Assembly: GCA_051004015.1 (NCBI GenBank)
Contig: JBPCKT010000135.1
Span: 6,598-70,597 of the forward strand
Source: Pirellulaceae bacterium
Lineage (GTDB): Bacteria; Planctomycetota; Planctomycetia; Pirellulales; Pirellulaceae
Length of the DNA stretch: 64,000 bases
Reading direction: 5' to 3'
This document shows, in pieces, positions 53,681 through 64,000 of the stretch; positions within the stretch are counted from its first letter, which is position 1, and each line of letters opens with the position of its first letter. The position numbers and the translations under genes are program-made. A model generated the notes under the pieces. That model did not search any database, was not told the origin of the DNA, and saw nothing but the letters and a program-made list of their open reading frames with translations.

Positions 53681-53751
53681 GGTGAGGCAGGTTTCCAGCT
53701 TGCCCGCACGAGCAGCCGGTCAGCATCGGCCAAGAATGAAAATGCCAATTC

Positions 53752-53930
53752 TTAACGCAAAGGAGCCAAGGTGCGGAGACGCCGAGAAGAAAAGGAAGAA
53801 TTGAGGGGACACGGAAAACACGGAGGACACGGATTTGGGGTCGAGATTTGCCTGGCCGTGTCCTCGGTGTTTTCCGTGTCCCAAGTTCCTTCCCCCTTAG
53901 CGCCTTAGCGGCTTCGCGGCTTGGCGTTAA
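53752..53930. repeat. 179-bp TTAA-bounded palindromic element with a 27-bp core stem made of ACACGG reiterations
   Basis: 53806-53832 pairs with 53856-53882 with one mismatch. TTAACGC at the left end and GCGTTAA at the right end. The right TTAA contains the FkbM stop codon. Confidence 0.85.
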
Positions 53931-54877
53931 TCAGGAAAATGCAGGCAGACGACATTGGTGATTTTGTCGCTCACCTGGTCGAAATAGAGCTTTCCAGAAT
54001 CGAGGGTCAGCAGCTTCTCGCGTTCCGCCACTCTGGCATCCACGCTGCCGATGCTCGCGAGAAACCGGATGCACTCGCAAGGGTCGATGCCAGTCCGGCT
54101 CACTACGTCGCGGTGAGCTTCGAAGGCCACGCACCAGCAGTCAGCGGCTCGCAGCGTTTTTTCGGCACCCTTGAGAACGGCAAGTTCTCCTCCCTCCACG
54201 TCGACTTTCATCACGATGCTTCCGCCGGGAGGCAAACCGAGGTCGTCAATGCAAATAACCTCCAGATCGCCGTCCTCGGCTGGGGTGAGAAAGCGGGCGT
54301 GTTCCGAAGGATCCGTCGGCGATTGGGCGAGTTTTCCTTTGCCGGTAAAGTCCGCAGCGGCAGCCTGGAGCGCACGGGCCGGGAAGGGGAGCTGGGCGGC
54401 ATTCCGCGCGAGAAATTCAAAAGCGACTGGGCTCGGTTCCAGGAGGACGGCCTCCACGAACTGGGGCGACTGCGCGGCAACGAGCGCGGTGAGCGCCCCA
54501 ATGTCGGCTCCGACATCGATCCAGCGTAGGGGCGGCAGAAGGTCGTGCGCCGGCTCGTCGAGACTCGCAACCAGCTCATTCTCATACGCCAGCAAATCCG
54601 GCAGCGCCCATTGGTTTTCCCGCCGCCAGAGCGGGACTGCGAGCTTTACTTCGTCTGACAACTCGTATTCGACGACGCAGTTCAGCCACCCGCGCCTCTC
54701 GGCCAGCTCGATCAGCCGATAACCGCCGCGGAGCCGGTTGCGGATGAGCCACTTGGCCAGGCGGAAGTGCCAAGGGGGCGACGAGCGGGTGGGATAGGTC
54801 GGCACAAGGAGGCTAATCGAGGTAGAGAAACTCGTTCGTATTGAAGAGCGCCAGGCAAAGTTGAACGAGAGCGGCAT
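53927..54877 (-). CDS. FkbM-family methyltransferase
   Basis: WIDVGADIGALT (SAM-binding motif) and MKVDVEGGELAVLKGA. Start is uncertain: GTG at 54886, ATG at 54877 after GAGGGAAG, or GTG at 54805. The first two overlap the upstream gene. Confidence 0.7.
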   Translation of the reverse strand: MPLSFNFAWRSSIRTSFSTSISLLVPTYPTRSSPPWHFRLAKWLIRNRLRGGYRLIELAERRGWLNCVVEYELSDEVKLAVPLWRRENQWALPDLLAYENELVASLDEPAHDLLPPLRWIDVGADIGALTALVAAQSPQFVEAVLLEPSPVAFEFLARNAAQLPFPARALQAAAADFTGKGKLAQSPTDPSEHARFLTPAEDGDLEVICIDDLGLPPGGSIVMKVDVEGGELAVLKGAEKTLRAADCWCVAFEAHRDVVSRTGIDPCECIRFLASIGSVDARVAEREKLLTLDSGKLYFDQVSDKITNVVCLHFPD

Positions 54878-56741
54878 CGGGCGCACTTCCCTCGCGGTGG
54901 AGCAGCTCCTCTTGCCGGCTGAGGAAGTCCGTCAGCGTCTTGAGCTCGACCTGGCTTGGTGATCGACCCCAGGTACGGCGGCAGGCGGCAATGATGCGAG
55001 CGGATGAATCGGTGGGAGAATCTCGCAGCACTTCGGCTGCGAGGTGCCGCGCACAGCTTAGCGAGAACTCCGAATTGAACAGCAGCAGCGACTGCGGGGC
55101 GGTGGTGCTGCGGCTGCGAGACGGGCAACTGGCGTTGGGGTCGGGGCGGTCGAAGGCTTCGAACAGCGGATAGCGGAGGTTTCGCCGGGCGAAGATGTAA
55201 ATGCTGCGGCGGGCGGCAGCGGCTGGGTTTTCGCTGGCTTTCCACTGACTGGGAAGCAGCGTCTTGGTCAGTTCCTCCGGCAGCGGCGGCATCACGCCCG
55301 GCCCGCCGCGGCGGAAATCAAGCTGACCGCTGGCGGCGAGCATCGCATCGCGTATCGCTTCCCCTTCCAGCCGCCACGGTTTGCGGGATGCCTGACGATA
55401 GGCCGCCGAGCAGACCATTTGCCGATGCAGCTTCTTGAGTCCCCAGCCGTTTGTCATCAGTTCGCTGGCCAGCCAGTCGAGCAGTTCGGGATGACTCGGC
55501 GCCGTCCCCATCACCCCAAAGTCGCTCGGCGTCTCCACGATCCTTTTGCCGAAATGATGCTGCCACAGCCGGTTGACCATCACGCGGCTGGTGAGCGGAT
55601 GGTCCGGGCTGGTGAGCCAGCGAGCGAGGCCGGTTCTTGGCGAGCGGGGAGTTTCAGAATCGCGGGCGTCAGCCCCCTGATTCTTCGCCGGTAGCAGAAC
55701 CCGCACAAACGCCGGCTGCAATTCCATCCCCGGCCGTTGCCAATCGCCTCGTATCCAGAGCCGAGCGGGGCCTTTGAATTTAGCGTCGTTGTGCAGAGCA
55801 ATGACGGAGACATCCTTCTGCAAGCTCACCGCTGGCTCAAAGAACGCCCGTAGCCGGTAGAAGTCCGCCTGGCTGAGCGGGTCGTACTTGTGGTCGTGAC
55901 ACTGGGCACAGCCGAGTTGCAGCCCCATGAAAACCGAGCCGATGGTCCCCGCCACTTCATTGAGCAGCTCGTGCTTCCGCTGCTCCTGCGAGTTGATGTC
56001 CGGCATGTCCGGCCCGGAGAGGCAGAACATCGTGGGGATGGAATTCCGCGTGAGCGGAATCTGCTTCGGTTTATTGCCGTCGGAAATTTCCGATTTGAAT
56101 TCTTCGAGTTGAGAGCCAATATCCTCTGACTCCTGACCCCTGACTCCTGACCCCTGCTCGTCCCCCGCCACCTGCTGCCGCACGAACTCGTCGTACGGCA
56201 TGTCCGCGTTCAGCGCCCCGACGACCCAGTCGCGATACCGCCACGCCTCTTTCCGCACCAAGTCATGCTCATACCCATCCGTCTCCGCAAACCGGGCCAG
56301 ATCCAGCCAGTGTTGCCCCCACCGCTCACCGTAACTCGGCGACGCCAGCAACCGGTCCACCAGCCGCTCGTAGGCATCGGGGTGCTGGTCATTCGTGAAC
56401 GCTTCAATCTCCTCTAGCGTCGGCGGCAGTCCGGTCAGGTCGAACGTCAGTCTTCGCAGCAGTGTCTCGCGACCGGCTTCATTCCCTGGCGTCATTTTCT
56501 TCGCTTCGAGTTTCGCCAGAATGAACCGATCAATGCCACCCCGGCACCACCCCTTCGCTCCCGCCACCTCGGGCAACTTTGGCCGCACGATGGGCTGGAA
56601 ACTCCAGTGTTGGCGGTCGGTTTCCGCAATTGGCGGCTCTTGGTAGTCGGTATCCGCGGCAATTCCAAGGATGGGTACATGCACTGCTGCGCCCGCCACA
56701 ACTAATGCCAATCGAGCGAATTTGGATGCCGTTGTTACCAC
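54813..56741 (-). CDS. DUF1549 plus DUF1553 protein without a cytochrome domain
   Basis: LLRRLTFDLTGLPPTLEEIEAF, CAQCHDHKYDPLSQADFY and a C-terminal LALFNTNEFLYLD. An inter-domain linker carries a heptanucleotide repeat. Confidence 0.88.
   Translation of the reverse strand: MVTTASKFARLALVVAGAAVHVPILGIAADTDYQEPPIAETDRQHWSFQPIVRPKLPEVAGAKGWCRGGIDRFILAKLEAKKMTPGNEAGRETLLRRLTFDLTGLPPTLEEIEAFTNDQHPDAYERLVDRLLASPSYGERWGQHWLDLARFAETDGYEHDLVRKEAWRYRDWVVGALNADMPYDEFVRQQVAGDEQGSGVRGQESEDIGSQLEEFKSEISDGNKPKQIPLTRNSIPTMFCLSGPDMPDINSQEQRKHELLNEVAGTIGSVFMGLQLGCAQCHDHKYDPLSQADFYRLRAFFEPAVSLQKDVSVIALHNDAKFKGPARLWIRGDWQRPGMELQPAFVRVLLPAKNQGADARDSETPRSPRTGLARWLTSPDHPLTSRVMVNRLWQHHFGKRIVETPSDFGVMGTAPSHPELLDWLASELMTNGWGLKKLHRQMVCSAAYRQASRKPWRLEGEAIRDAMLAASGQLDFRRGGPGVMPPLPEELTKTLLPSQWKASENPAAAARRSIYIFARRNLRYPLFEAFDRPDPNASCPSRSRSTTAPQSLLLFNSEFSLSCARHLAAEVLRDSPTDSSARIIAACRRTWGRSPSQVELKTLTDFLSRQEELLHREGSAPDAALVQLCLALFNTNEFLYLD
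56127..56154 (-). repeat. Heptanucleotide repeat (CTGACYC)x4, equal to a 14-nt unit x2, inside the DUF1549/DUF1553 CDS
   Basis: TGACTCCTGACCCC occurs twice in tandem (56127-56140 and 56141-56154). Read on the minus strand it encodes part of QGSGVRGQESE. Confidence 0.9.
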
Positions 56742-56822
56742 GATTTACGCAGCCCGATTCATCGGGCTTTGCCCTGTTAGGCCCGTGCTTTAGCACGGGC
56801 AAGCCTGCCAAAAACATCTTCT

Positions 56823-56861
56823 CTTTCCGTCCGCCGCCGCGGAGCGGCGGCGGACGGAAAG
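56823..56861 (-). terminator. 18-bp perfect GC-rich hairpin CTTTCCGTCCGCCGCCGC-GGA-GCGGCGGCGGACGGAAAG
   Basis: Read directly. About 100 nt downstream of the 56965 (-) gene. On the minus strand a U5 run follows after 10 nt, which is not a canonical distance. Confidence 0.45.
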
Positions 56862-56964
56862 GGAGGGATTTTGCCGCGTGTGCCCGGACTAAATGCTGGG
56901 CCTGACGAAGCAAAGGACCGTAAACGGCCCTCGAATCTGGACATGTCAACAATCGAAGCAGCCA

Positions 56965-57216
56965 TTAATATGTCTCCAAGCCGTCCCCTTCGGCTGCTTC
57001 AAATTCCTGGCTGATAGCCTTGAATTCTCCCATTGCCACTGCATCGCCAAGCATGAGATCAAGCGACCGCTCAACCGATGCAGGGTCCTTATACGACCAC
57101 GGCAACCGACGAGCGGCGACAAAGGCGGTGAAGTCCTCGACCTCGCGGGCTGCGTCGGCGGGAAGCTTACGAAATAGATCGACTAACCGTTGTTCCTGCT
57201 GATTTAGCGCCATCAT
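56965..57216 (-). CDS. Hypothetical small protein with a DUF2281-like antitoxin-type N-terminus
   Basis: LFRKLPADAAREVEDFTAFVAAR resembles the DUF2281 helix pattern. GAGGA lies 9 nt upstream of the ATG. No partner toxin gene is visible. Confidence 0.45.
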   Translation of the reverse strand: MMALNQQEQRLVDLFRKLPADAAREVEDFTAFVAARRLPWSYKDPASVERSLDLMLGDAVAMGEFKAISQEFEAAEGDGLETY

Positions 57217-57253
57217 TTCAAGTCATCCTCTCTACTACTGGCCACTGAAAACA

Positions 57254-57643
57254 CTATCGCAAAACGACCGACAAAAACGTCCAGGCCACAGTTGCCACCA
57301 CATACGGCGCATACACAAGCCCCAAAACAGCCAGGACCAGCAGCCAACCCCGCCAGCCCCGCGTCGAAACACAGTACCAAACGAGCGAGAATGGATAGGT
57401 GACAAACACGAAATAGCCAAAGTCAAAACACGGCGTCCGCCGCTCTTGGAGTGCGTCTTCCACAATCCAGAGCGCCACCGCCAGTGGGCCAAGATAACCG
57501 AGGAGCACTATCGCTATTGGCGGCGCGCCGCTGGCCAGGAACGCCAGCAGCAGCACCGCGACGGCTCCGCCCGTCCAAGCAATGCGCGCGAAGGGAGAAA
57601 CAATTAGCGTAGCAATGCTTGGGTCGGAACTTTGAATTGTCAT
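57254..57643 (-). CDS. Hypothetical four-TM membrane protein
   Basis: The ATG overlaps the upstream TGA (ATGA). Four hydrophobic helices. Confidence 0.6.
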   Translation of the reverse strand: MTIQSSDPSIATLIVSPFARIAWTGGAVAVLLLAFLASGAPPIAIVLLGYLGPLAVALWIVEDALQERRTPCFDFGYFVFVTYPFSLVWYCVSTRGWRGWLLVLAVLGLVYAPYVVATVAWTFLSVVLR

Positions 57644-59079
57644 TTCTTGAGCAACTCCTCCAGCGGCTCAATTCCCAAATCGAATTCTCCCCGCAGTGAT
57701 CCATTCTTGGGTGCCGGCCAGCCGTTCTCAACATTCATCCAGGCGATACCGTGGTCAATTGCCTTTCCATACCGCAATCTCACGTTGCGGACGCTGCCTT
57801 CAAATCGCATGAGGCTGTCTGCATCTGCATCTTTGTTGAGCGCGTGGGCGAAGAAGAGCGATTTGACTTTGGTGTTCCAAGCATACGGTCCAAGTTCTAC
57901 TCGGCTGAGAGCATCCCTCGCCTCAGGAGAAGAATTCCGGGCAAGCGAATAATACATCCAATTCACCGCATCGCCGCTTGGATCATCCCGTTCTTTGATC
58001 GCTCGCTCGATAAGCGGAACGACTTCGGCACCCCGTCTGGCCAGGATTTGGGCCACAGCGCGGAGCGGCCAATCGCCGCGCCGTGCTTCCGTAAGGTCGT
58101 TTGTTTGTTCCACTGTACTTAAGATGTCGATCAGGTCTTGATAGCGGTGATCCAACGAAAGTCGTTCTAGTTTGTTACAGTAGAGTACGGCGTGCCCAGC
58201 ATAACTGGCTGCTGTATCCCGTTCAGAAAGGGGATCCCGTCGTTGCTTGGCGATTAAAGCAACTTCCTTTTCCTTCGCTCGGCGAGCGACCGCCAATAAG
58301 TCATCTTTTTGTCCTGCTTGGGAATACATTCGATAGGCCATGAAGGCCTGAAATGATCCGCCGCTGGTCGGCGACACCGCATTCTTGCGAAGCCGTTGCA
58401 TCACTTCCCGGGCGCAATCAGTGTGATTTCCCTTCTGGAGTTTGCAAAGCCAGATGCTGTTCTTGCGGGCTCCATCCATTTCATCGAAACAAGTGCCGCA
58501 AAAACTGGTCGGCATCCAATGCTCCCAGCAGGCCAGAGCTTTGTCCCAATCCCTTGCCGCCATATACCGACTCCCGAGGAACTCATGAGCGAAGTCCTCG
58601 TTGGCAAGGGCTTGCGCAATGGATTTGTCTGCCTCCGGGCGGAACCCGTCCATTCCTTTTTCAAAGGCAGTGAGCATCTCTTTCTCGTCGCCCAGCCTGT
58701 GATAAACATTGCCAAGCTGACACCAGGCGACCCGAATATAAGGAGCGTTGGGATAGTTGGAAACAACTTCCAAAAGTACCTTCTTGGCGGTCTCCGGTGC
58801 GTCCGAATAATAGGCCGTGTGAGCGACCGAACACAGCCACACAGGAATCCGTTCTGGGAATTCCTTACTTCGCTCACGCTGATGAACGTAAGCCAGTGCT
58901 TCTTCGCAGCGCCGCTCCTTGAGGTACGTATTGAGCTGCGTGGTAATCTCCCTTTCAGACTTCGCAGATTCATCGGCCAATACCGGTGCATGAGTGAATA
59001 GCAACGTGAATGTAATCAGGCAAAACGTGAGGAGCTTTCTCACGAGCGAGTGACGATGTGAAATGAGCGGGTTGTTCAC
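57640..59079 (-). CDS. Secreted TPR/HEAT-like Cys-containing protein
   Basis: GTG at 59079 overlaps the DUF1501 stop (GTGA). Signal-like LLTFCLITFTLLFTHAPVLA. TPR-like helices. FCGTCFDE motif. A/T-richer than its flanks. Confidence 0.7.
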   Translation of the reverse strand: MNNPLISHRHSLVRKLLTFCLITFTLLFTHAPVLADESAKSEREITTQLNTYLKERRCEEALAYVHQRERSKEFPERIPVWLCSVAHTAYYSDAPETAKKVLLEVVSNYPNAPYIRVAWCQLGNVYHRLGDEKEMLTAFEKGMDGFRPEADKSIAQALANEDFAHEFLGSRYMAARDWDKALACWEHWMPTSFCGTCFDEMDGARKNSIWLCKLQKGNHTDCAREVMQRLRKNAVSPTSGGSFQAFMAYRMYSQAGQKDDLLAVARRAKEKEVALIAKQRRDPLSERDTAASYAGHAVLYCNKLERLSLDHRYQDLIDILSTVEQTNDLTEARRGDWPLRAVAQILARRGAEVVPLIERAIKERDDPSGDAVNWMYYSLARNSSPEARDALSRVELGPYAWNTKVKSLFFAHALNKDADADSLMRFEGSVRNVRLRYGKAIDHGIAWMNVENGWPAPKNGSLRGEFDLGIEPLEELLKK

Positions 59080-60491
59080 GCCATCACCTCCCTCACTACT
59101 CTCGCCTCGTCTCCCGGCCCCGTCAGCCTCTCCTCCAACCCGTTGTGGAAGAATGAGAGCGACGCATGGTCGAGTCCCAGGAGTTCCAGCAGCGTGGCGT
59201 GGAAGTCGCGGATGTGGACTTTGTTTTCGGCGGCGCGGAGGCCGACGGAGTCGGTTGCGCCGTAGGCGAAGCCGCCGCGGACCGCGCCGCCGGCGAGGAA
59301 CACGCTGTAGCCCCAAGGGTTGTGGTCGCGGCCTTTCCCCTGCTCGCTCATCGGCATGCGGCCGAATTCGCCCCCCCAGATGACGAGCGTGTCGTCCCAT
59401 AGGCCGCGGCGCTTCAGGTCCCGGAGCAGCCCGGCGGCGGGGAGGTCGGTCCGGCGGCAGAGCTGGGTGTGGTTGGCGAGGACGTCGTTGTGGGCATCCC
59501 AGCCGTTGAAATCGCCGGAGTAGACCTGCACGAAACGGACGCCCCGCTCGACCATCCGCCTGGCCAGCAGGCACCGCTGGCCGAACTCACGGGTTTCCTT
59601 GTCGTCCATTCCATACAGCTTTTCCGTCTCGGCGGATTCGTCGCGCAGGTCCACCAATTCCGGGGCGGCGGCTTGCATGCGGAAGGCCAGTTCATAGGCG
59701 GCAATCCGGGCGGCCAGTTCGCCCTCGTCATCGTCGTGCGAAGCCAGGTGCTGGCGATTCAATTCCTGCACCAAGTCCAACGTGTGCCGCTGCTGGGCTT
59801 TCGAAATCCCCGGCTGCGGCTTGAGATGGAGAATCGGCGAATCGCCCGACCGCATGGTGACCCCTTGGAACGTCGCGGGCAGATAACCGCTTCCCCAGGC
59901 GGGCGGACCACCCTTCACGCTGCCGCCCGGATCGGGGAGGACGACGAAGGTCGGCAGATCGCGGTTCTCGCTGGAGAGGCCATACGCCACCCAGCTCCCG
60001 ACGCTCGGCCGCCCCATCAGGATGCTGCCGGTGTTCATCTGATAGACGGACTGCGGATGATTCACGCTGTCCCCATTCAGGCTGCGAATCACGCACAGGT
60101 CGTCGGCACACTCCGCCAGGTGCGGCAGGAAGTCGCTGATTTCCAGGCCGCTATTCCCTCGCTTCTGAAATGGCTTGATGGGGCCGAGCAGCGGGTTCTG
60201 CGCCACCTTCCGCCGCGTCATCACCGGGCCAAAACTTTCCGGCAATGGCTTGCCGGCGAGCTTGATTAACTCCGGCTTCGGGTCGAGCAGATCGACGTGG
60301 CTCGGCCCGCCGTGCATGAAGAGCCAGATGACTCGCTTGACGCGGGGGGCGGGGGACTGGGGGCTAGGGGCTGGGGAAGAATGGGCAGAATCTGAGAGAA
60401 GAGAGGCTAGTGCGAGCGCTCCCATCCCGCCGCCGGCTTGGGCGAGGAACCGCCGCCGTGATGACGCCAAGTTATGGGGAGCCGGGGACAT
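59076..60491 (-). CDS. DUF1501 (sulfatase-fold) protein with a Tat-type signal
   Basis: ATG at 60491. SRRRFLAQAGGGMGALALA, VIWLFMHGGPSHVDLLDPKP, NPWGYSVFLAGGAVRGG. Confidence 0.9.
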   Translation of the reverse strand: MSPAPHNLASSRRRFLAQAGGGMGALALASLLSDSAHSSPAPSPQSPAPRVKRVIWLFMHGGPSHVDLLDPKPELIKLAGKPLPESFGPVMTRRKVAQNPLLGPIKPFQKRGNSGLEISDFLPHLAECADDLCVIRSLNGDSVNHPQSVYQMNTGSILMGRPSVGSWVAYGLSSENRDLPTFVVLPDPGGSVKGGPPAWGSGYLPATFQGVTMRSGDSPILHLKPQPGISKAQQRHTLDLVQELNRQHLASHDDDEGELAARIAAYELAFRMQAAAPELVDLRDESAETEKLYGMDDKETREFGQRCLLARRMVERGVRFVQVYSGDFNGWDAHNDVLANHTQLCRRTDLPAAGLLRDLKRRGLWDDTLVIWGGEFGRMPMSEQGKGRDHNPWGYSVFLAGGAVRGGFAYGATDSVGLRAAENKVHIRDFHATLLELLGLDHASLSFFHNGLEERLTGPGDEARVVREVMA

Positions 60492-60641
60492 GGCAGCATT
60501 ATAGCCGAGGGGAAATGCGGGGGTGAAACGGAATCTCGATTCGCGGGCGGTGTCAATCATGGTTCACTTCGGCGCTGCCGTAAGGTACGATGACAGGCGA
60601 CCGTCGCTTCCCCCCATCCTGACCCCTTGGGAGTCAGCAAC

Positions 60642-62966
<2,325 letters not shown>

Positions 62967-62973
62967 GCTCGTT

Positions 62974-63055
62974 CACTAGCCCGACGCGCCAGCGAGGGAG
63001 TTGGACGTTGCGCCGGTGCAAAACGCAATTCCCTCGCTGGCGCGTCGGGCTAGTG
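62974..63055. terminator. 26-bp perfect inverted repeat with a 30-nt loop between the NHL gene and moxR
   Basis: CACTAGCCCGACGCGCCAGCGAGGGA (62974-62999) pairs with TCCCTCGCTGGCGCGTCGGGCTAGTG (63030-63055). Starts 8 nt after the TAA at 62964-62966. Confidence 0.55.
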
Positions 63056-63089
63056 TCTGCTGAAACCAGATGAACACCTTGAGGCCTCC

Positions 63090-64000
<911 letters not shown>

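Noticed and set aside
56777-56965. 62-aa minus-strand ORF downstream of the DUF2281-like gene, considered as a possible toxin partner
   Set aside because: It is translated through three hairpin repeats, giving an Ala/Arg/Pro-rich product. It has no RBS and no PIN or other toxin motif.

Overview
High-GC chromosomal segment that looks like Planctomycetota. It carries two PSCyt/DUF1549/DUF1553-type genes, two DUF1501 genes, a DUF1559 prepilin-like gene, and many secreted HEAT, WD40, LRR and propeller proteins. I call 53 protein-coding genes. One is a MoxR ATPase that runs off the 3' edge and is missing from the supplied ORF track. I found no rRNA, tRNA, CRISPR array, transposase, integrase or phage genes. 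Recognisable housekeeping genes are prs, a GlmU-N-terminal-like gene, chrA, purU, lgt, panC, folK, pckA, a UDP-xylose synthase and csrA. The long minus- or plus-strand ORFs opposite these genes are GC-driven shadow ORFs. Points worth a second look: (1) three translationally coupled HtrA-like genes where only the first keeps the catalytic triad; (2) a family of intergenic palindromes whose arms are short tandem repeats, often next to TTAA and often supplying start or stop codons of neighbouring genes, with one related heptamer repeat inside a CDS; (3) two near-identical 3' hairpins with a compensatory base-pair change; (4) a hairpin with an alternative pairing that could hide the purU ribosome-binding site; (5) domain oddities, namely an Lgt with a PDZ-like insert, a FolK fusion, a uridyltransferase-only GlmU-like protein and a truncated kinase-like protein; (6) a Bat-like vWA/TPR cluster that is not next to MoxR. 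No classical defence or mobile system is visible. All family names come from motif recognition by eye and need HMM or BLAST confirmation.
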